This document shows positions 58,804 through 64,000 of a DNA stretch of 64,000 nucleotides, in pieces. Position 1 is the stretch's first letter. Each line of letters begins with the position of its first letter. This DNA is from Candidatus Poseidoniaceae archaeon (GTDB lineage Archaea > Thermoplasmatota > Poseidoniia > Poseidoniales > Poseidoniaceae). The DNA lies in assembly GCA_049616955.1 (NCBI GenBank), contig JBMZIJ010000009.1, forward strand, positions 348-64,347, given 5' to 3'. A program made the position numbers and the translations under genes. Under the pieces are notes generated by a model. It ran no database searches. It was given only the letters and a program-made list of their open reading frames with translations, and had not been told where the DNA came from.

Positions 58804-60093
58804 CTAATTCTCGTTGCGATGTTCGTCGGAAATCAGGCCTTGTATCGTCGGTTGGTCATACGGGGGCGCATCGTCAGAATCCAACTCAAGGAGGCTGTTG
58901 TCAAATTCAGGTAGGTCAAGCGAAACATCCTCGCTAAGCGATGGAAGTTGTGGTGTAGGGAGGCTTGATGCTGTACTGCCTACCGCATCGACGCCTGTTG
59001 GTGTTGCTGCTGCCATGGCAGAAAGTCCTGTTGCAACTTCTTGGCCTCTGGAAGCGACACCTGCTGCGGCAGCAACAGCGAGTGTAGCCGTGGTTGAAAC
59101 TGCTGCAGTTGTCACTTTACCAAGTAGACCAAAGTCAGGGGAATCTCTGCCATCAAATCGAGAAACAACATCTGCAGGTACATCCATCCAATCAGGAGGG
59201 TTGGTCGAGCCTCCTTCCAAGACTGCAAGCGTCGTAAAGGCTGCAAGCGGCATAACAGCAAGCGCTGTCAACAAATCGAGGAAACTTGTTTCCGGAATGA
59301 CTGCGTTGCCAAGGAAGGTCTCAAACAGATTGGCTTCGAAGGTGATGGAAAGTTCAGTATCTTGACCCATCCAGCCCAGAACAACCAAACTTGCAAACCG
59401 ACCCATTAACCACAAGACAAGTACCGGTGCTAGCCAGGAGAGTTTGGTCATCGAGATCAACCAACGACGAGTAAAGGTTGCAATTCCGATGTATTTTCGA
59501 CAGAATCGAGGATACAAACGCATCGCCATGAGCAAACCGACGATGTACAACAGAATGGCGAGCTCAAGCCTTCGATTCAATTGAACAATTGATTCAGGCA
59601 CCATCATGACCAAGGTGAGTGGAATGGTCACCAGCAGAATTTGAAACGGTACTGCGAGAAGAAGCAAACCTCCATGGGTCGATATCAACGAATGACCACG
59701 CATCATCCGACGATTGACGAGTGTGGATAACGATCCGTGTGGTGATGATGTGAAGTTTTCACGGGCTCGACGCAGACTGGATGCAGAACGCCCTCCTCGC
59801 GACATTCCAAGTGCAGCCATCCATCCCCCTCGCTCAACAATTCGAATCGGTTGATAGCCACCCATAACCAAAGCAAGGAAGAGTGCAAGCATACCATAAC
59901 CGAGTGAAGCGGCCATAATCCATGGAAGCATTTCAGATTGAATTCCGATGGTGATGTTCTCACCGGCCATATCGAGTTGAAACAGGTAGGTGATGGAAAA
60001 AGCAGCCATCGGCGTCAAGAAGATTTGACAGAAAACCACGATGGTCAACCAGATGCGAGCAGTCAAAGGTCCACGTTGACCAGCCCGCCCCAT
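58804..60093 (-). CDS. Hypothetical polytopic membrane protein with a low-complexity acidic C-terminus
   Basis: It is a 429-aa ORF with at least 8 hydrophobic segments and an Ala/Thr/Ser-rich then acidic tail. No family was recognised. Confidence 0.55.
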   Translation of the reverse strand: MGRAGQRGPLTARIWLTIVVFCQIFLTPMAAFSITYLFQLDMAGENITIGIQSEMLPWIMAASLGYGMLALFLALVMGGYQPIRIVERGGWMAALGMSRGGRSASSLRRARENFTSSPHGSLSTLVNRRMMRGHSLISTHGGLLLLAVPFQILLVTIPLTLVMMVPESIVQLNRRLELAILLYIVGLLMAMRLYPRFCRKYIGIATFTRRWLISMTKLSWLAPVLVLWLMGRFASLVVLGWMGQDTELSITFEANLFETFLGNAVIPETSFLDLLTALAVMPLAAFTTLAVLEGGSTNPPDWMDVPADVVSRFDGRDSPDFGLLGKVTTAAVSTTATLAVAAAAGVASRGQEVATGLSAMAAATPTGVDAVGSTASSLPTPQLPSLSEDVSLDLPEFDNSLLELDSDDAPPYDQPTIQGLISDEHRNEN

Positions 60094-60151
60094 AGACCCG
60101 ATGGATTGGAATGGTTAGACAAAGGTTCCCCTTCATTTCGAGCGGGCGGGA

Positions 60152-60745
60152 TTAGTTTTTGCCATCATCGAGAAGAACCATCGGATGACCATCGCTCAAC
60201 CACAAACGCAACCATCCGCGAAAGAATCCATCCTTTCGTGGACGGCCAAGATCGGGTCGTAGCATGTCCTCGAGTTTTTTGGAGCAGGATTCGCAGCGAA
60301 CCGATTCCATCCACCATTGTGGCTGAGGGTGTGGACAACATGCATCCTCTGAGTCTGCGATGTTCATCACAAGTTGCAAACGTTGAGCCATTTCGAGCGT
60401 ACACGCCACAGGTGAACCTCCCAAAAGCGCCTGCGCTCTCGAGAGTAGTGTCCAGCCGCCTGCGAGAAACAACCCGTATCCGAAGGTGGATTGACCACCA
60501 AGAATGCTCAGATATCCAAAGAGGAGGGGAAGAGCGGTTGTGTAGGTACCAAGCCGGTGGAACCAACGCATGTGGAGGACACGTTGCGTAAGTCGAGGCG
60601 TGAGCGGAATTGGTTCAGGATGAGGAGGGAATCCTTTGTTGAAGCCCGATGTTCGACAGAGCACCATGAAGGGTACACGTGGCATCAGATGACCAAGAAG
60701 GAATCCTGCAATGAAAAATACAATTGCAGAAATCATGCATGGCAC
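60152..60745 (-). CDS. Hypothetical membrane protein with a C-terminal Cys cluster
   Basis: It is a 197-aa ORF with 3-4 hydrophobic segments and the motif ACCPHPQPQWWMESVRCESC. Confidence 0.5.
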   Translation of the reverse strand: MPCMISAIVFFIAGFLLGHLMPRVPFMVLCRTSGFNKGFPPHPEPIPLTPRLTQRVLHMRWFHRLGTYTTALPLLFGYLSILGGQSTFGYGLFLAGGWTLLSRAQALLGGSPVACTLEMAQRLQLVMNIADSEDACCPHPQPQWWMESVRCESCSKKLEDMLRPDLGRPRKDGFFRGWLRLWLSDGHPMVLLDDGKN

Positions 60746-60746
60746 C

Positions 60747-61895
60747 TTATTGTTCGTGTAGCCGCTTTAACGTTGCTTCAACCTTATCCATACCACGGGA
60801 GATGTCGTATTGTGAGATGGTGAATGCGAAGCGTAGGTGGCCTTCACCCGATGGGCCAAAAGCCGTACCTGGTGAGCAAAGGACACCATCTTTCAGCAGT
60901 TCCATTGCAAGCTCTTGGCTGTTCAATCCTGGAACCTGAATCTTCGGGAACACGTAGATTGAGCCTTTTGGCCTGTGACATTCAACACCGGGCATAGCAT
61001 TGAGTCGATCAACGATAAGATTGCATCGAGCATGGAATTCTTTGGCGAGAATATCAGGGTAATCGGATGCTTTCTCCATGGCTTCAAGCACGGCATATTG
61101 CATCGCATCGTTTGAACACGCAGTGATGTAATATTGCATCTTGATAACTTGCTTCATCGCTTCAAGATTCGCCGACATGATGTAGCCAATTCGCCACCCT
61201 GTCATGGCAAAGGTCTTCGAAAAGGAGTTGATGAGGAGGACTTTATCGTAGTCTGTTCCTACGAACGAGACGTGCTCCGAGTCAAAGACGATGCGGTCAT
61301 AGACTTCATCGGAGAGAATCCAAAGGTCATGTTTCTGAGCAAAGGCAAGGAGTTCATCTCGTTGTTCAACGGTCAAGGTTCCTCCTGTTGGATTGGACGG
61401 GAAATTGTACAGAATCGCTACTGTATCTTCATCGACCAATGATTCAAGATCTTCGATGGTTGGAACAAAGGCATTCTCAAACAGACACGGATAGTATCGG
61501 CTTTCGCCACCACAGAGTGTGACATCTGGCCCATAGAGAGGGAAATATGGTTCCGGAAGAAGGACGTTCTTGCCAGGATCAACCAAGGTGAGGAACAGGT
61601 TGAGCAGTGCATTGGTTCCCGACATGGTAATACAGACATTGTCTTCCGTCAATCCGGATTCAAGATGATGCCATGATTCTGCAATTTTCGCACGGAGGGG
61701 TGGTAATCCTGCTGTCGTGGTGTATTTGTTACGACCATCGAGCATCGCCTGATGGAACGCTTCGATGGCAATTGGAGGTGGCTGGAAATCAGGTTCGCCT
61801 AGACCGAAACTAATGACATCATCACCGGCCAAATCAAACATTTTCCGGACACCAGTCGGTTGAATGGCTAAAGCACGTTGACTGAAGTCACCCAT
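60747..61895 (-). CDS. Class I/II pyridoxal-phosphate-dependent aminotransferase (aspartate aminotransferase-like)
   Basis: Motifs are the PLP-lysine context NSFSKTFAMTGWRIGY, GEPDF and NP.NPTG. ATG 61895 is preceded by GGAGGTGA. The longer ORF to 62048 would overlap the protease gene by 160 nt. Confidence 0.88.
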   Translation of the reverse strand: MGDFSQRALAIQPTGVRKMFDLAGDDVISFGLGEPDFQPPPIAIEAFHQAMLDGRNKYTTTAGLPPLRAKIAESWHHLESGLTEDNVCITMSGTNALLNLFLTLVDPGKNVLLPEPYFPLYGPDVTLCGGESRYYPCLFENAFVPTIEDLESLVDEDTVAILYNFPSNPTGGTLTVEQRDELLAFAQKHDLWILSDEVYDRIVFDSEHVSFVGTDYDKVLLINSFSKTFAMTGWRIGYIMSANLEAMKQVIKMQYYITACSNDAMQYAVLEAMEKASDYPDILAKEFHARCNLIVDRLNAMPGVECHRPKGSIYVFPKIQVPGLNSQELAMELLKDGVLCSPGTAFGPSGEGHLRFAFTISQYDISRGMDKVEATLKRLHEQ

Positions 61896-64000
61896 CAACT
61901 TCACCTCCGTCATCCGGTTCGATGATTGCGTCGATAACATCGGGTTCTTCCAAGGACGGTGGGACATAGGTTGCATTTTTGCTCTCATAGTCATCACCAT
62001 CGCCGCCAAGGAGGATGATAAGTGCAAGAACAAGCAAGGCAATCGCAAGTCCTGCCATGATCACTTCTTGGATTCCAAATTCTTCATTCTCTGCTTGCCC
62101 ATTCCACGTACCGGCAACTGTTGTTGCAACCATTAACGATTGGACACCTTCTGTGTTGAGAGCTCGGACTTCAATCGTTCTGTTTCCTTCCATAAGTTCT
62201 GAAGTATCGAGAGCAACCGTCCAGTTGAATCGAGCAAAAGCCCCCAATGTTTCTGCGTCTTCATCGAAGGTTGCCGACATCCACTTACCACCATCAATTC
62301 GATACTCAACTGAGGATACGGCTCCTACCTGCCCCCATGCGAGACCTGTAAGCGTCGCAATTCCATCGGACGTATTGGTTTCAATGATGTGTACTTGTGT
62401 CGTTACATCAACCTCGCCAGTCAAACCTTGGTACTTGAGATCGAATGCCATGGAGACTGCTGCATAGGCATCGACCATTCCAAATCCAAAGTCACGGTTC
62501 CAGAATGGATCCACATCAGGTGCGGATGGTTCGCCTCGACGTTCAGCAGTGAGTTTGAGAATCTCCTTGATTTCAGCGGGCGACAAGTCTGGATTGGCTT
62601 CAATCATCATTGCCATGATGCCTGAAACAGAAGGCGTTGCATAGGATGTTCCTGAACCACGTCCAGTGTAGCCGTTATCACTCGCATCACCGCCGATGAA
62701 GTTGTTGCATCCTCCTGAAGAGACACAACCTTCAGCTTGGATGATGTTCGAACCTGGTGCAGTAACCTCGGGCTTCAATTCATTGAGTGGATTTCCATCA
62801 CCGTTGTCTCGTCGAGGACCTCGTGAGGAATAACCAGCAATGGTATCATCCTCACGGTCAATGGTGTTTTGATCATCGGTTGCACCAACGGTGACAGAGA
62901 GATCAGAAGAACCCATTCCTGAGAGTCCCTCGTTGTCAGGCCCGTCGTTCCCAGCAGCAACACTGACGACAACGCCTGCAAGCATGGCTTCATCGAGAAT
63001 GCGACTGTGCATGTCCGAACCATCAGAGCCACCTCCTTCGTGGGAGGTTATCCCCCAAGAGAGGGAGATGATATCGATACCATATTCGCTCTCATCGGCA
63101 CCAGCCCAGGCATCGTCCTTGTGATCGATAATCCATTGCAAGCCGTTCATGGCCGATTCGTAGAATTCTTGTGAAAGCAAGTAATTCTCGAAAGGACCCG
63201 CTCCAGCATCCGTGCCGATTCGAACATCAACAAGTGCGGCATCAGGTGCGGAACCATAGAAATCGGTTTGCTCACCATTCGCATCAAGACCTGTGGCTGC
63301 AGCCATGCCCATGCATGCTGTTCCATGTTGATGCCCATCGTCAGGGTCGAAACTTCCATCGGTTTCTCTCGACCCAAAACTCGAACTCACACATCGCGGG
63401 TCTGTGTGAAGATAGCATACAGCATCGTACCCAGCGACAAACTTCTCGTTGAGACCTGGATGTTCATTATCGACACCCGTATCGACCATGGCAATAACAA
63501 CACCATCACCGGTCACGCCCAAGTCCCATGCACCGGGATAGAGCGACGAGTTTCGAGCCTTTACAGCAGGTGTTTGTATATCGCCGTAAAGATGAATTTC
63601 TCCGTATCGTTCAACCATGACGACATCGTCAAGTTGAGCCAACGATTCGACCATTGACGTATTGATGAGGCCGAGAAGTACTGCATCGACAGATTCGATG
63701 ACATCAACAACGTCCAATCCCATATCGTTCAAGTCTGCAAGATGTTTGTCGTTGACTTCAGTTCCGTAAGAGAGTCCAATTCCTGTCACGAAAAAGGACT
63801 CTTGAAGAGAGTCATGGATCTTGTTTCCATCTTGGTCAAGTGCTGATCGCTCCCACCACGGGCGTTCATCAACAATCCATCCCCAGCCATCTTGAGCAGG
63901 AACGGTAAGCGTTTGACCTTCAGGTAAAATCTGAACCTGATTCTCAAGACGAACGTAGTCTGAAGGAGGAACAGTGAGTGAACCAACAAGCGGCCCCATC
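61888..64000 (-). CDS. Subtilisin-like serine protease (S8 family), C-terminally membrane-anchored; the 5' end is probably beyond the window
   Basis: The catalytic triad contexts are VIAMVDTGVD, HGTACMGMAAA and GTSYATPSVSG. It has a C-terminal TM helix (MAGLAIALLVLALIILL) and an acidic tail. No signal peptide follows the ATG at 63999, so the gene likely continues upstream. Confidence 0.9.
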   Translation of the reverse strand, partial: MGPLVGSLTVPPSDYVRLENQVQILPEGQTLTVPAQDGWGWIVDERPWWERSALDQDGNKIHDSLQESFFVTGIGLSYGTEVNDKHLADLNDMGLDVVDVIESVDAVLLGLINTSMVESLAQLDDVVMVERYGEIHLYGDIQTPAVKARNSSLYPGAWDLGVTGDGVVIAMVDTGVDNEHPGLNEKFVAGYDAVCYLHTDPRCVSSSFGSRETDGSFDPDDGHQHGTACMGMAAATGLDANGEQTDFYGSAPDAALVDVRIGTDAGAGPFENYLLSQEFYESAMNGLQWIIDHKDDAWAGADESEYGIDIISLSWGITSHEGGGSDGSDMHSRILDEAMLAGVVVSVAAGNDGPDNEGLSGMGSSDLSVTVGATDDQNTIDREDDTIAGYSSRGPRRDNGDGNPLNELKPEVTAPGSNIIQAEGCVSSGGCNNFIGGDASDNGYTGRGSGTSYATPSVSGIMAMMIEANPDLSPAEIKEILKLTAERRGEPSAPDVDPFWNRDFGFGMVDAYAAVSMAFDLKYQGLTGEVDVTTQVHIIETNTSDGIATLTGLAWGQVGAVSSVEYRIDGGKWMSATFDEDAETLGAFARFNWTVALDTSELMEGNRTIEVRALNTEGVQSLMVATTVAGTWNGQAENEEFGIQEVIMAGLAIALLVLALIILLGGDGDDYESKNATYVPPSLEEPDVIDAIIEPDDGGEVDG

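Overview
This is a gene-dense archaeal chromosomal segment of about 64 kb, with short intergenic gaps and many 1-nt, 4-nt and 8-nt stop/start overlaps. Archaea-specific genes are present throughout: aRF1, aIF2-beta, SUI1, RNase P Rpp29, L32e/L19e/S4e, a thermosome, class I LysRS and aTrm56. I infer a Thermoplasmatota / marine Group II-like euryarchaeon. The reasons are the 16S ends (AATCTGGTTGATCCTGCCAGAGG ... GGATCACCTCCT), an orphan 16S gene beside the spc-type r-protein cluster, and bacterial-type thiolase, peptidase and surface-protein content. This is not a database result.

Layout:
- 1-31.3 kb: housekeeping genes on both strands. These are ubiX, a SAP-M28 peptidase, parvulin, folB, argS, aRF1, pyrH, NOG1 GTPase, PCD, aIF2-beta, class I lysRS, TauE, LemA, DHH, TraB, folP, trm56, carAB, GNAT, thiolase, YjbQ, NAD kinase and a ROK kinase.
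- 31351-32808 (-): a stand-alone 16S rRNA with its own terminator and a roughly 275-nt leader.
- 34452-48673 (-): a 25-gene block running L3-L4-L23-L2-S19-L22-S3-L29-SUI1-Rpp29-S17-L14-L24-S4e-L5-S14-S8-L6-L32e-L19e-L18-S5-L30-L15-SecY.
- 48963-50777 (+): a Hef-like helicase.
- 50764-64000 (-): one co-directional block. It holds an HdrB-like protein, a ferredoxin-flavodoxin-SdhB-like fusion, the thermosome, a 1127-aa surface protein, two membrane proteins, an aminotransferase and an S8 protease that is cut by the window edge.

GGAGGT(GA) Shine-Dalgarno motifs matching the 16S 3' end precede many internal genes. I found no CRISPR array, transposase, integrase, tRNA, 23S or 5S gene.

Most unusual observations:
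1. An adjacent SdhB-like / HdrB-like gene pair in which nearly all Fe-S ligand cysteines are replaced, with the SdhB-like part fused to a ferredoxin and a flavodoxin module.
2. SecY carries an SD-supported N-terminal extension of about 130 aa with four predicted TM helices.
3. SAP motifs are fused to ribosomal protein L32e and to a membrane-anchored M28 peptidase.
4. A 29-nt promoter-like block is shared by the 16S gene and the L3 operon, and a structured leader follows it at L3.

All functional calls rest on motif recognition by eye. Start codons are often uncertain.
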